Shown piece by piece: positions 12,889 through 27,040 of a stretch of DNA of 64,000 nt (the first letter of the stretch is position 1; every line of letters begins with the position of its first letter). A program made the translations under genes and the position numbers. The notes under the pieces are model-generated. The model did no database searches, was not told where the DNA came from, and was given only the letters and a program-made list of their open reading frames with translations. Origin of the DNA: Nymphaea colorata (lineage: Eukaryota); NCBI RefSeq assembly GCF_008831285.2, contig NC_045138.2, positions 28,582,001 through 28,646,000 of the forward strand. Direction: 5' to 3'.

Positions 12889-15392
12889 TAAAAGCCAGAT
12901 AGATGGTAGCTACTCATCTTGTACCCAACTTGTTTTACGTCACCTAGACACCAACTGCAACCAATTTGAGTAGACCAGTGGAGTTAACTTATCTGTGAAT
13001 ATGCAGTAAAGATGTTGATATTGATACTTATAATAGTTAAGCTGGGGTTGGTTGGTTGAGATCAATTAAGTATTAGGAGACAAGGGACGTGTGGTCGTCG
13101 TCCCAACTGATCGGGCACCCGACTTGACAGATTTGTCGTGGCTGTTAGTGAAGTACGGGATGTGAGTCGATTGGACACATTTGATTGTGGAATATCATCC
13201 TGTGAAGTTGTAACATTTGCTCAACTTTCTCTTGTGAATTATTTTCAGATCAGGTCGGGGCGGCCAGCAAATATTTGGAACTTATGGTCTTAGAAAATAT
13301 AAGAAAAAGTATAGTCGAGCCAGGTTGAGATCTAAACTTAAGAGTGGTACATAAAATCCAGTTCGATAAAGGGCTAGGTCCAATCCAAATATGAACCGTT
13401 ATCCTGTTTGCTACATAATTTACACTCTTCCAGTAAGTGTAAAACGACATTATCTCATCGGGGAAAAAATCGGATTTAACGCGATGAGACCGACACCGGG
13501 ACAGTGAAATCTGTGAGCGCGGGACCAAATTCTTCAAGGGAATCGGTTCCATAATCCTCAGTTCTTCTCGGGTCTGTCTATGCGTGTCGCTGCACCCACA
13601 GTCATTTGTATCGGCCGATACGTGTCGTTTCAGTAAGCAGTTCATTGGAATTTCAGTAAACCCTTGCCCATGACGGCAACCTCATACATGCAATATATTA
13701 GATTGGCCAATTAATTAGTCTAAATTTTGTGGTCATTACTAAATCCGATACGGATCGGAAAGTATCGCCGATTTTTGAAAGGTCCGATACTTGGACGAGT
13801 ACTTGGCCGGTGGATGGGGCCCACCCTTGTCATTTCTCCCTCAGCTTCGTACAGTCGTGATGCACAGAGTTCATGTTCTTTAGTGAATTAAATTACTGAA
13901 TTACCCTCGCAGTAGACGCCAACCTCCCTTCACGTGGGGCTCATGGGAGGGTGTTTTTGGCACTAGCGGAATAAAAGTAATACGAATAATATGGTTTCGA
14001 AATTGTTTTTTATTTTTGTGCATTTTTTTTTTTTTCTCTTTTATGTGAAAGCCAGGTGACAGCGGTGTGCGTGGAATCTCCAGTGGGCCCCACTCTCCCT
14101 GTATATCCAGGTGTGGCTTGCCGGCCTGGGGCCCACTGAATGAGGCCCCAGGCGGCGACTTTGCGTGAAAAATCGCAGGTCTTTTCGACAGCCTGTTATA
14201 TTCCCGAATCTCGTTTGCAAAGCGATTAGTCGCTGGGAGAATATACCGCGATATTTTCATATTTGGAGGAAAACTAGGACCTATGCTAGCATATATTATT
14301 CTACAATATCTGAAAAATAAAAAGAAATAAAAACACATATATTTATTTTTAAAAAATAAAGACATTTTATCAAGTTAGTTTTATAATCTAGTTGTCCTGA
14401 AAAATAACTTTGGACGTTATAAACGGCCGATAAATGTTAAGATACGGTTTCCATATAGTGCCGTTCCTAAGATCTGAAATCTGGCGCGACATCCAATTAA
14501 TCGGCGATTAATTGACTGCTGGCGGACAGGAGGGCCAGTGATTCAGAGACCTCAGCGTCGGCGTTTTTTTGAGTGTCCTGTCCTTGGCCCATTCCTCGCC
14601 CTCAAGTAGACATTCTTCTTCTTCACTAGACTCCAGTCTCTGCCATGAGAAGAGCTCAGCAGGTAAAAACGGGATAAGTTGGGAGATCTTTCACCTGTAG
14701 TAGCGCAACCCAATTTCCCATATTATCCAATTTTTTGTTGATAACTTGGGATTTTCTTGTTATGCTAAGTTTTATACAGAAAACTTGATTTCTCATTGAT
14801 GACATTCGGATAATCAAAGTTCTTGGGTTGAAGATTTGCCAATAAATGAACTGCCAACTAGTTTCGTTTCATGAACTTCGCACTAAATTCTTCTAACTAA
14901 CTAAAATATCTGTTAAAAGATTTATTTGCAGTATCTAACAATAATTTATAAGCAAGGAATAAAAAATTACACGCTTCCGCAAAATATAAAATCATTCGAG
15001 AGTTAAAAGCATTGATATATCACGCTACATGCGTTCGTCCAGAGGAATTTCGTTAGGAAGCTTGTCATTTAGCTGTAATTCCAAAAAGGGACTCCTCTGC
15101 ATAAAAGCTTTTTCATTTAGCAAATAAGGGTCTGACCGAGCCCCTTGATATAATATGGGAGTTCGTGTTCCCACGTTTTACAAAAGAAAAATCTTTTTAA
15201 GTTTCACCTGTGCCTCTTCTTGGCATTTCTTATAACTTTGACACGGTTCTGAAATTTAGTAAAGCAGGTGCCACGAAATATTGTGAAAGATGTAAGGACT
15301 GAAAAAGCAAGAGGTTTTCCTTGGGATTCACTGCCGTTGACACCGTATCCCAGTTTCCCTCTGCCTCGCTGCCACACGGACGTGCTGGAACT

Positions 15393-15395
<3 letters not shown>

Positions 15396-15437
<42 letters not shown>
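15396..15437 (+). repeat. (CT)n microsatellite in the LYK3 promoter/5' leader
   Basis: Directly visible; starts a long pyrimidine-rich region leading to the ATG at 16275. Confidence 0.9.
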
Positions 15438-15439
<2 letters not shown>

Positions 15440-16274
15440 GTGAATCTCGGGTGTGATCTCGGGACGCTCTGTAACTCTCTCTGTTTGATCTCTCTTTCAT
15501 TTTTCTGTAATACGGCGACGTCTTCCCGCCATCATCGTCAATCATCGACGTCCTCTCTGTTCTCTGTCTCTCTCTGTAGAGGCCAGGACTACCCACGTCT
15601 CTTCCTCTGTTCGACTGCTCTCTCTCTTTCTGAGAGACCGTACTTGGCTGAGCATCCGCGGCTTGTTCTTTCTTGTGGATGCTATTGCTGGCCATCACTA
15701 ACTAACAACCAGCACCGCATCACCTTCATTGCCGTCTCTCTCTCTCTCTCCCTCTCTATCTCAACGACTTGCGTTTACATTGTAAAAGTCTCACAAAAAT
15801 TCTTAATCTTTTGCTCCGCAAATATTGCGAGTTCTTCTCGTTCCTCTCAGTTGACTCTCGACTTCCTGTTCGAATTTTTTGTTCTCTCTCTTCACCTCTT
15901 CGTTTTCCCATTCAAATCCTTTCTTCTCTTCAAGCGTGTTTCTTTCACAATCTCGTGTCTCTCTTTGTCAAGAATTCTCTTGACTCTAGATTTTTCACTC
16001 AAGGTTTAGTCTTGACTCTTTTGTGACGAAAGGATCCTTTTTTCATTCATCTGTAATGCTCCTTTCTACCCGAGAGAGTATTTCGTAAGTATCTGTTGTT
16101 ACACTCGAAAAATCACCTATTTATTGCATTTTTCGCATTGTTGGTGCCACTACTATCATCAAATTTTTTCTCCCTTTGATTTCGGGGTATTTCTTGGCGC
16201 TTCATTTTTTGTCAAGGCCGTTCCGCCTTCGTTTCTTTCTTCTTTTCCTTTGGGAAAATAGTTTTCTTCTTTCC

Positions 16275-19200
16275 ATGGGACCCCTGCAATCTCACATTCC
16301 CCTCATGCCAACATGCCGACTTGCTTTCCTGCTGTTTCTTCTGAGCTTCCCATCAGTTTTTGCTTCGTCCCTGCCCCTCAGTTGTTCTGATACTTCCCGG
16401 GTTTGCACCTCCTTCATGGCCTACAAGGCCGGGTCCTATCAGACCTTCTCTGAGATTCAGAGCATGTTCGATGTCCTGCCGCCTCAGGTGACTATGGAGC
16501 CAAGCTTGGAGCTGGACGGGCACCGTTACCTCTTCATCAAGAAGAACTGCTCCTGTTTCCCGCCGGTGAAGCGTTACCTGAGCAACACAACTTTCACAGT
16601 GAGGGAGAATGATGGGCAAGTTGCAGAAATGGTTGCTCGCGCCTATCAGGGACTTGCCATCCCGCCCAATTCGACGAGGACGGTGCACACTGGTGCTGTG
16701 GTCTCCCTGCGTTTGCTTTGTGGGTGTTCTAGCAGCCTGTGGAACTATCTTCTGACTTATGTCCTGCAAGAAGGGGACACGGTGGCATCATTAGCCAGTA
16801 GATTCGGCGTGAGCATGGCAGATATTGAGAGCCTCAATGGCATTGGCGATCCGAGCCTCATGTCCGTTGGGAAGGCTTATTACATGCCATTAAATTCGGG
16901 TCTGTTCTTGGTACTTTTAGCAAGCATTTTATTGCCGAATGTTTTTGAGTTATTTCGATGATGGTGCTTTAGAATGTCAATTTGTTGACCTTACCGTGTT
17001 CTTCAAGTTTAGGCGGAACCCTTACATGTATCCTAGTTGTTGGTATAACCAAGTCCATCGCCTTCGTTTCTTTGTAGATGTTGGTTTGGCGGTGTGTTGT
17101 GTTGTTAATTATCTGACCTCTGAGCTGCGTCTGTTCAGTTCTTATGTCATCGTTTTAGTACTTCTAATATTGTGGGGGATAGCTAAAACCATAGCAGAAC
17201 AGTTTCTTATAACCTGGAGTGAATTCATTGAGGCCCACCATTGATCAGGCAGTGCAATCTGTTCCTGCCCTGCAAATTTCTCATCGTTATTGATTTCATA
17301 CCCATGCTTCTGGTCTTCCTCTTTGATTTACAACGTCCAGTGTTTAAATCGATTTCTCTTTATTTATTGATTTGAAATTTTAAATATATAATTCAGTTTC
17401 TTCCCTAACACAAAAGATGATGGTTGCACGAACCAAAGCAGTAGGGACTGTAAGAAGCATTAAATGCTAAACATCTTCTCAATGGTGCCCACATGCAACA
17501 AGCAGATATTATCGCCCTCTGTTGTTATCTCCACGGAACAATGGTGGATTTGTCAAGATAAGCCGATTGTTGATGCATCTTCTGGCATTATTTACATGAG
17601 AATTTTGTATTATAGATGTTGGTTTGTTTAATTCATTAACATAATTAGTTAACCTTTCTCTCAAATATAAGCAATAGTTGGGCTGCTTTAAGTTCTAATG
17701 TGGAGATAAGTGGCTGAAACTAAACTTCTTGCCATACTTTTATTGCAGTTCCTGGTGTACCTTACTCCCCACCTGTTGCAACTTCACCCGCTCATCCACC
17801 AGTAGCTCTCAACCCATCAGGTATATCGCTCATCAAAGTTTGTTACTTCCTATCGTCTTATATATATTTATGATGAAAGATGTAATCATAAAACTCTCTA
17901 ATAGTTTGACATAGTTATGTTTTTCTGCATCTTGTGTTCCACTATGTATTACTTTTATCCATGTTATATCTTATTGATATAAGTACTAGTTCTCAATATT
18001 TTTTGATCTGGTAATCTGGGTACAAGTCCATTGTGTCTGTTTTATCATGCGGTCAACTTATGGTCAACATGTAGGGATTGAAATAACTAAGTTTACAATG
18101 TATTGGTTAGTGGTGGTCATCTAATTATATATTCCAAAACAGAAAATATAATTGCTGTTCCTAGAAGCATTGTAGTACCCATAATAGATCTAGTTCCCCA
18201 TTAGGTTTGCAATCTGGTAAAATTCAGACCATGAGATCCTCTTCTATCAGACAATAAGGTCTATTAGACAAAAAGTACTTGTAAGTAATTGATCATATTC
18301 CAGTAACGGCCTTGTGCCCTGTATCACACAGCACCGTAGCCTGGATGCAAGCCAATTGTTTTTAGATTTTTAGTTAATGATAGACACTGGAAAGCTCCAC
18401 CACTTAGAGGGCCTTGTAAGGTGCAGCAGAATTGTGCGGTGTATATAGGCATCTGGCTTGTGCATGATTCGAATTGAGTAAAGTATAGCACTACAGATTC
18501 ACAGTTCTATGAGCTTCATATTTTAGTGATCGCCATGGTCATAATTTTCTTCATGTTGTTCCAGAATGTAACTAAATATTCATGTATTTATCTGTCTTGC
18601 AGATGTTCAAGTTCATCACTCTGATCATTTTCCAATAGGATGGACGTTGGCCGGCATAGGACTTGGGCTGGTCCTAATATTAGCTATTCTATTGTGCATC
18701 TGGTGTAAAATGTATTTCTGCTGCTCCCAGGTCCAACTGGGGCATGAGAAGAACCCTGACAAGAAAAGTTATAAGTTTCACATTCTTCAAGGATCAAATT
18801 TCTGCTATCCATCTGGAAGGTATATATGCTGCAAGTCTGGGAAGCCAAATACTGAATTTGCCATCAGTAACCAGATTAATATTCCCAAAGGTAGGATTAT
18901 CTTTTTTTTTTTCATATTAAGTTGGAAGTATAGTAGTCACTCTTCTGTGGTGATCGGTGATCAGTCTTTCTATAAAAATAAATAATAAATAAATCATTTC
19001 TTGAACTTTTCTTCTTCCTGTTTCATGTCATGGTAAGAAATTGTCTAGTACCTATCTATTTTCCCTGCATCTTGTCGAATGTGTGTTGTTATCTCCACTC
19101 ATTATTGGCATAATTTCAACAAGTTTCATGTTTAATCATCGAAACCTTGGAGATTTCCTTGATGATATTGGATAAAATGATAGATGTTGTGCACATCTGT

Positions 19201-22200
19201 GCTACTTTTCCTTTTCAAGCATTTTTTTTGTTTTATTATAAGAATCAAACGACAATTGACAATTTGGTAGCACATGAGTTTTGATGAGATGGTTATTATT
19301 TTCTTGTCTTTCTTTTGCCTTTTCCCCACTTTTCCTTCTAATTTAAATAATAAAATTTAAACTTGTACAGATATGGCTGGTGTATTTCATGCGGACAAGC
19401 CAGTAATCTTTACCTATGAAGAGATTCTCTCCTCAACAGAAGGTTTCTCTGACTCGAATCTCTTGGGACATGGTACATATGGTTCAGTGTACTATGCAAT
19501 GCTTCGTGATCAGGCACGTTTTTCCTTTTTTTTTTTTTTGCCATATTTCTGTTCATATTAGTTTCCCATAATTCGATGTCTGACATATTGGTTTTTAACC
19601 TCTGGAGTTGGTCTGTCATTTTATTTCTGTTCCCATCGTTTTTAACATCTGTCTCTGATATTGCCCTCCAGGAGGTTGCTATCAAAAGAATGACAGCTAC
19701 AAAAACTAAGGAGTTTATGGCCGAGATCAAGGTTCTGTGCAAGGTTCACCATACAAACTTGGTAATCTCCCATGTCTTTGCTTCTCATTTCTCACACGAT
19801 TTACAGTATAATTTTCTTCCATAATCTGCATACTGAATTTGTTCTTGACTTTGTCAAGGTAGAATTAATTGGTTATGCAGCAAGTGAAGACGAACTTTTC
19901 CTTGTTTATGAGTATGCACATAAGAGTTCTCTTGCAAGCCATCTACATGATCCTCAAAGTAAGGGTATGTCTGCATCAGCCTATAGCTGTTTTTTGTCAG
20001 TGTTTTACATTTTGAACCGATTGTGTCCTTAATATTAACAAGTGAACATGAAACATGTGGATGACGTGATGAAAATACGGACCTCAGTATGACGAGGCAT
20101 AGGACAGGTGTAGGTTGTCAAATTCTGGTTATGCAGAGGTACCTTACACTGAAAATCAAGTAACGTATAAGTGCATCATAACCCAATAATCCAACATCTA
20201 AATGGTTCTGTTCTGCTTAAGTTAATGCATCAAAAACACCAAGCCAAACTATGCATCTGTGTTTGTTTAAGTGTCCTTTTATTTTTTTGGTAGGCCTTTT
20301 AGCTTGCTTCTTTGCGATTGTTTGCTTTTAACCTAGAAAATGTGTATGTAATTTCTTCAAGAGAAAATCATGCCATTAACTGTTAAATGATATAAAGTTA
20401 ACTTTATTGTTATCTTAGACTAGTAAAGTAAAAATGTGTTTGAGCCCCTAGCATCCCCAGAAAGCCTGTCTTCATCCTTCTGTTAGTCTATCTTGAAAGG
20501 AAGTCTAGATGATAGGTTCTTCTTTTCTTCGATATTCTCTATTGTCAGGGGCTATTTTCCCCTCCCCATGTCAAATCAAATTTTTTACTTTTTGATGATT
20601 CAATAAATCTGTCATGACATGTTATTCATCTTGATATAGCTCTCTCATGCTACGTTCTAATGTTTTTATGTACTTGTTCAGGACATACATCTCTTTCTTG
20701 GATTTCTCGAGTTCAAATTGCCCTTGATGCTGGAAGAGGGCTAGAGTACATACATGAGCATACCAAAGCCCATTATGTGCATCGTGACATCAAAAGTAGC
20801 AATATTCTGCTTGATAATGCCCTTAGAGCCAAGGTACTTAATTTTGGTTATTTTCACTTGGTACCCTATGCATATCTCATCTGTTCTTTGCATACAGATC
20901 TCCGACTTTGGACTAGCAAAACTTGTTGGGAAAACCAGTGATGGAGAAGCTTCTACTACAAGGGTCGTTGGTACTTTCGGCTATTTGGCTCCAGAGTGAG
21001 TAAACTTCTTAAGTCAATCTCTTTCACTCTGTTGTTTAGTTTTGTTCTCTAGTTATGTTAATCAACACAATTATATTTTCCTTTACATCGAGAACAGATA
21101 CTTGAACGATGGCCAAGCATCAACAAAGAGTGATGTTTATGCATTTGGCGTTGTGCTTTTCGAGCTAATTTCCGGGAGAGAGGCAATAACAAGGACAGAT
21201 GGCAGAGTGAATGTTGGCATTGAAAGACGATCACTTGCATCAATTGTAAGTGATGCTTTCTCATATTTTAGTCATCTGATATAACTTTTAGAATTTAGAA
21301 GGTACTAGGATTCTGACAACATCTTTTGAATCAAAGATGCAGTCTTTCTCATAAACAAGTAAGCTTGGGAAGTCACATATTGAATATCAGATCTGAATGT
21401 ATAAATACAGTCTTATCTGGAATAATATTCTTTTGTTTTGCATAATTTGTCATTGCTTTTTCAGTTCATGCAAACCAAGCTTATAGCTACTGCTAGTGAC
21501 TGTGCAAACCATATTATCTATTCATAATGGCTGTTCTGTTTGTAGCTGCCTATTTTTATTGGTCTAGCATGAAATTTTGGACTTTGAATCATTTTATTCT
21601 TTGTAGCAAGGTGTGGAATAGAAATCTTGAGACCAGTGTTTGTGAACCATGAACTTGGGTTAGTGCTTTTGTAACTTGGCTTATCTCCATTGATTCAAGG
21701 ATGCAGCTTTAGATATCATGCTTTTCATTATCTGGATGAATGGCTAGTAGAAAAATACCTCGGGCCATAATTTAGTCATTTTCATGATAATGAATGTTGA
21801 AAGTTTCCTTCAAATTTCTTGAAACTTGGACAGCAGATTTGCTTTCAATAGGAATCCCAATTAGTATCTGTAGTAGTAACAAGGGTTCCCTCTTTTCTCA
21901 CACAAGTTCCTGCAAGCCTTGTTAATGAAATTCCTTCTATCTTGAAATTGAATGTATGCTGTTCGATTAGATATTAAGGAAGCTGGATTTTTTTTCTTCA
22001 AGCACAAAGGTTGCTCCTGTCAGTCTCTTTTCTAGAGAAGCATGGTGTAGTATGTTACTAATGGCATGCTTTTTTAGTGATGGTCCTTTCTGTGTTAATG
22101 TCCTTCGCTAAACTTTTCTGACACTTGAAACTATTTGGCCTAGCAACCATGGCTAATGCACATAGTGATTCCATTTCTTACTTTGTTCTGGCAGTGGATA

Positions 22201-23983
22201 AACTATAATCCTGCAAATTATTCTTTTCCGATATGATTTGTGGATTTGCACTGTTGTCTTACTCACTCACTTCCTCCGTGCAAAACTTATGGGGAGATTT
22301 GAGTAGATTAGTTGATATAGAAGGTACAGTGTTCATGGGGAGGAGCATCTACCCTTGGCTGGGTCATGGGACCCAAGTGAATTGATTGTTGTGTCCTGCA
22401 AACATTTTGTGCTTATGTACCATTGAAATATGCACTTTGCAGCAATAGTTCTTCACATAAAAAGTGTTCTAATCAACTAATTATTTGTTTTGAGGATCAA
22501 GGAGAGCGCTGCAACATATAAGAATGTAGTGGCAGTTTACAGATACCAGATTCAAATTTTTTTTATGTAGAATCTAGATGTTAGTTCTCAAGGGCCTGAT
22601 TTTGAGGATAAAACTGCATTTACCTTAACATTCTTTCAGAGCCTGTCTAGTTCTTTTCGATATTTTTAGGTGAGAGTGATTTATGGTATTTTGATCTCTT
22701 TCCCTCATTATTGTGCAAGCGTATAACAAATATTCATGAGTTCTCACATAAACTTGATCCGCTGGATGAGGTGGAATATGTTTCAAGGCCTAAGTTATCT
22801 TCCTTTGGAACATTGAACTATAGATGCTAGCTGCACTTCAGAACTGTCCTAACGCAATGGGCATGACAAGCTTGAAAGGTTGCATCGACTCCAGCCTCAT
22901 GGATTTGTATCCTCATGATTGTGTGTACAAGGTGTGACCTCTCTCTCTCGTGTGCTCTCTTGCTCTGTCTCTCTTCACGCACATCTGAATTTAATTTTCC
23001 TTATGTACTTTATTTCTCTATTAACTGCCTCTCTTTTTTCTGTTCTGATCTCTTTTGGATATATGATGTTCTCATTCTATGTTGGTTCTGTTGAAATTTC
23101 TTTAAATGCCTTTTAGAATGTATACTTTTTATCGACTCAATTCCTTTGTTATACCTTGCAAGGACATTTCATCACTCACTATTTCTTCTGCATGGATTAT
23201 TTATTCTTCAATCAATTTCTTTGTACTGTGGAACTAGTCCTACCATAGTTTAAGAGAAATGCTTTCTCAAAACTAGCTTGGACACGCTAACCTAGTGCCC
23301 TTGTCTTCTTTGATCTATAGAGTAAGAAGTTTGGCATAAATTGTCCTTGGCTGTTAGGGCAGTCATGGTTTAAGTTTCTGAAGTCATCTCCAACATTTAA
23401 TCATCCCCTAATGGTCAATTTCTCATAATACCACCAAAAGAGCTTCTGTATAATACTGCGGATGCATGAACACCTTGTCCAGAGGGGTTGAAGTATGTTT
23501 ATTGCATGGTACCAATTCCCGTGCAGGACAATTGATGTAGGTTTACATGATGAGGTTGAGGCGGTACATCCAAGAGTCCTTGCCGCTCCTTCTTAGAGGG
23601 TTTAGGTTTTTATTTGCACAAATTTCCTTCTTGATTTGTAACCAGAATTATTCCCCTATTGTTCTATAGTAGGGAACCCGTGAACGTAACTCACTCCGCT
23701 ACTGGATAGCATTTTCTAGTTACCTTTCCATTTTATTTGCTTTCTGCTATCCTGCAGAAAAATACTGGCGGTGTTCCTTTGAACTGTTATACTTACCTAC
23801 TTTTTTTTCGTTATGAAGATGGCTATGTTGGCAAAGCAGTGTGTCGATGCCGAACCAATTCTACGGCCAGATATGAAGCAAGTGGTGATCGCACTTTCAC
23901 AGATCCTCTTGTCCTCGATAGAATGGGAAGCGACATTAGCTGGCAACAGCCAAGTTTTCAGCGGCCTTGTGCAAGGCAGATGA
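16275..23983 (+). CDS. LYK3: LysM-domain receptor-like kinase, LYK3-type, 11 exons
   Basis: Exons: 16275-16899, 17749-17820, 18603-18890, 19371-19513, 19672-19761, 19859-19964, 20682-20833, 20898-20995, 21098-21245, 22824-22931, 23819-23983, all in phase. Signal peptide; CxC spacers (KKNCSC, LLCGC); Lys[51 protein letters not shown] kinase ([38 protein letters not shown]); C-terminus [20 protein letters not shown] as I recall for the Arabidopsis LYK3 clade. Confidence 0.94.
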
Positions 23984-25259
23984 TACTTCCTAATCAGTTT
24001 CTTCCGTTTCTAACTCTCTTTTTCCAATCCTATTTTTTCCTTTTTATTCTGTCTTTCTAATGCCTTGATGGGGATGCCCTTCTCTTGCCATCTTCTTCTT
24101 CCTCGCACCTTTGGTGATCGGAAAAGTGTAGGGGCACGTCTCCAAAGGCCACCACGTTAGTATCAGCTGTCATTCCACTTCAAAGCTGCTTTCTGATGTG
24201 CAGCCACTAACAGCATTGGAGTGTATATGACAGATTATTTTGTAATTCTTAAGATGATAGATTCCTTGTCAATTTGTGTCACGATGGTATGTATTAGTGG
24301 AGCGATGGCACCACTAAATTTTCAGTGTTGAAATCAATTTTCGAGCAATCAAACATGCCATAGCGCGAGGCATTTTCTAAAAGGTACCCAGCCAATTTGC
24401 TTCATCACTCCCCCTCGGACCCCAAACGTCACTTTGATCCTCGCGAAAACAATTTTGTGGCCCATGTGGACTGGTACTGGTCTTTATATAACGCAAAGTT
24501 GATGTTACGGAGCTTGAGTTAAATTTAGTTTGTGTTCGAAAAAGAAAGATGATTTTAACTCGAATCAACGTTTTCAGACCAAAGCTGTAGATAGAAGTCA
24601 AGGTTCGTGTTTACTGTGAGTTCTCAAAGAAAAGCACATCTTCTTTTGAGTTAATTAGCAAAATTGAGTCCTGCACACGTACTGTGTTTCTTTGGCTAGT
24701 AATTGCAATCTTATGGTGTGCCCCAGTTACTCCCATGTGATTCCACTTAAGAAAATTTACATGCACTTTTCATTCCCCATCTGTTGCACCCTGGCACTGA
24801 ATGGACTTTCTTCTGTAAAAATAAAAAAAAATAAAAACATTATGTGGGTTTTCCCATTGACTTCCCAAAGCATATCTAAGACCTTATTCCTTTTCAGATC
24901 GATTGCCACTTTCCATCACATCCTGGCCAATCCAAACCTGGAAAGTGCATGCTCCTCTTGCTTACAAGCTGGAAGCTTCACCGCTATTGTTTGGCTTACA
25001 AGTAACAAAGAATGGCACTATCAATATATATATATATTGATAGATGTTCCTTCCCTGTACATAGGCGAATATTTTTAACAACCACGCAAAATCCTTGTTC
25101 TTTCCTCGTTTATTCTCAATTTACAACATGGTTCCAAAAGCATGACTATCTCCACATCTCAAGCCAAGGTATGTCGGCCGGAGAAAGGATTAACCCTGAC
25201 TTTACAATGATAAGGCACATGTGAGAACGGAGGATGAACAGGAACGCGTGCTGAAGAAG

Positions 25260-25690
25260 ATCTAGGTCTTAAGGCTTGCAAAAGACAAAGATATTGTCAA
25301 CTTGGTCACTAAAATGTTGACATCATCCACTTTCAAAAATTTCAGTAGTGAACTGAGATTTAGTAATTTGCCATCTAATTTGAGAGAGGATGAAAGTTTT
25401 TACCTTCATTATTTTAAGCAACTTCTAAATAACTGTGGGCATCTTTTCAAATTTCGTGCTTTAAGCAGCTAGGATATAAAGTAGAACAATTTGGTCATTT
25501 TCATTTCATCACCATTATTAACCAGTCGTTTTCTATTACAGCCTGAATGCTCCACTTTATTCCTTTTATCGTCTAGAAGTAAGGCTAGAATGAAAGTAAC
25601 TCTCTAATGCACAGACCAAAAAGCTGGAGAATCCTTTTGACAGGAGAAAAGCGCTACTTTTCTCTTTTAGCCAAAGAACAATTCCATGCT
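25260..25690 (+). mobile_element. decayed Ty1/copia 3' end (RNase H tail, PPT, possible LTR remnant)
   Basis: Translates to DIVNLVTKMLTSSTFKNFSSELRFSNLPSNLRED, resembling the copia pol terminus (DQ.ADIFTK.L....F..L...LG....LR); purine tract gagagagga then TGAAAG. LTR end not established. Confidence 0.45.
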
Positions 25691-27040
25691 TGTGAAGCCA
25701 GGAGTTTGAGATGATGCTCTGCTAATAAACATGCGTCCGTTCATTATTGTTTTGATCAAGATCAAAGAAGGCATTTGATACGTGTAGAAATGCATGTAGA
25801 ACGGAAGGCTGCACCCAATTCTGCGGGTGAATCCAGTAACATATGCACTGAGGAACGCGCACAATGCACCGAACCCCGTGAACCTGGCATTTTCTTCGAA
25901 ACAAACACCCCGAAAGGTGCATATCTTGGCTGTTAATTTGTGCTGTAGCAGAGAAATCATTATAAATGAAGTTGGTGTTTTGATTTTCATTGTGGCCGAT
26001 GGTGCAGAGCAACTTTCACATTCTTGATTCGTCCTTTTTGAAAAGCTAACTGCGTGGACATGGCCGTCTTCTTCGTTTTGTAGGATCGGCTCAGAATTGC
26101 CTGATCACAGAACGTGTTCTAAGGGTCGATGAGTCAAGAGCTCACCATTTCTGTAAATGTATGCAATGTTTCTTTTTTACGAATTTGGATGATAGAACGG
26201 TCGTTTCTATGCCAAAACATGTCTCCTGATGCACATCCATGCCATCTATCCTCAACACTGCCCACTCAGGATCTCGTTTTCTTCCCAGTATCATGTACCC
26301 ATGTAACATCGGCCATGTTGATATTGCTACTATTGTGTATTCTCGTTTTAGTTCACATAGATTTATACAGGAAAATCAGATTTTGAAGGAAACAAAATCA
26401 TCAAAAAAGCTGTAAACAGAAGTTTTGCAACAGAATTTGAGTTGGGCATGGTGTGGCAAAATCCGTGGCTGATTTTTGCTCCCTTTTCGAGGATTATTTC
26501 CATCCTTGAATTGATTTTTTCGTATATCGTGAAAAATTACATAGTTAACTTAATGTAGAAATTTTTCCTACTAGAGGCTCGCCTTTTGCCATTATTACTG
26601 TACCAAGCCTCACATTTTTAAGTGTATTCATATATATGGAACTTGGTTTGGTTGACATTTCTATTATGTTGCTTGAGGTTTTACGTGGCATTGTTTTCAT
26701 AAAACTTAGTGGCTGAGGATCACCCTCAAACAAAAATGTATATGCCAACAGAGCCTTCACATGTGAAAGTAGGCAATCGCTTTTTTGAATCGAAATAGCA
26801 ACGGAAAAAACAACTGGCCTCTGTTAAGCAATTCCCAAACAAGTTTGGCCATATTGAATATTAAGAGAGCAAGACTCTTGAATGGAGTTGCTCAAAAACT
26901 TGGTCCTTTAATGAAAAGTTTAATATACTGGAAACAGCATGATTGTATAAAGCTGGTCTCTGCTTTTTGGCATGCATAGCTAATTTTTCTTTAGGTCTTT
27001 TGGACAAAAGACTAATTCTTCCTTTATTCCTTGAGGAAAC

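Noticed and set aside
16353..16769. 138-aa antisense ORF over LYK3 exon 1 (similar cases at 4130-4447 and 50769-51101)
   Set aside because: Shadow ORFs of real coding exons.
22941..22975. gtgctctcttgctctgtctc resembling a miR156 target site
   Set aside because: Several mismatches, intronic, and explained by CT-rich low complexity.
25667..26027. 107-aa and overlapping ORFs upstream of the ERD7-like gene
   Set aside because: No recognisable family or exon structure; probably promoter or leader sequence.
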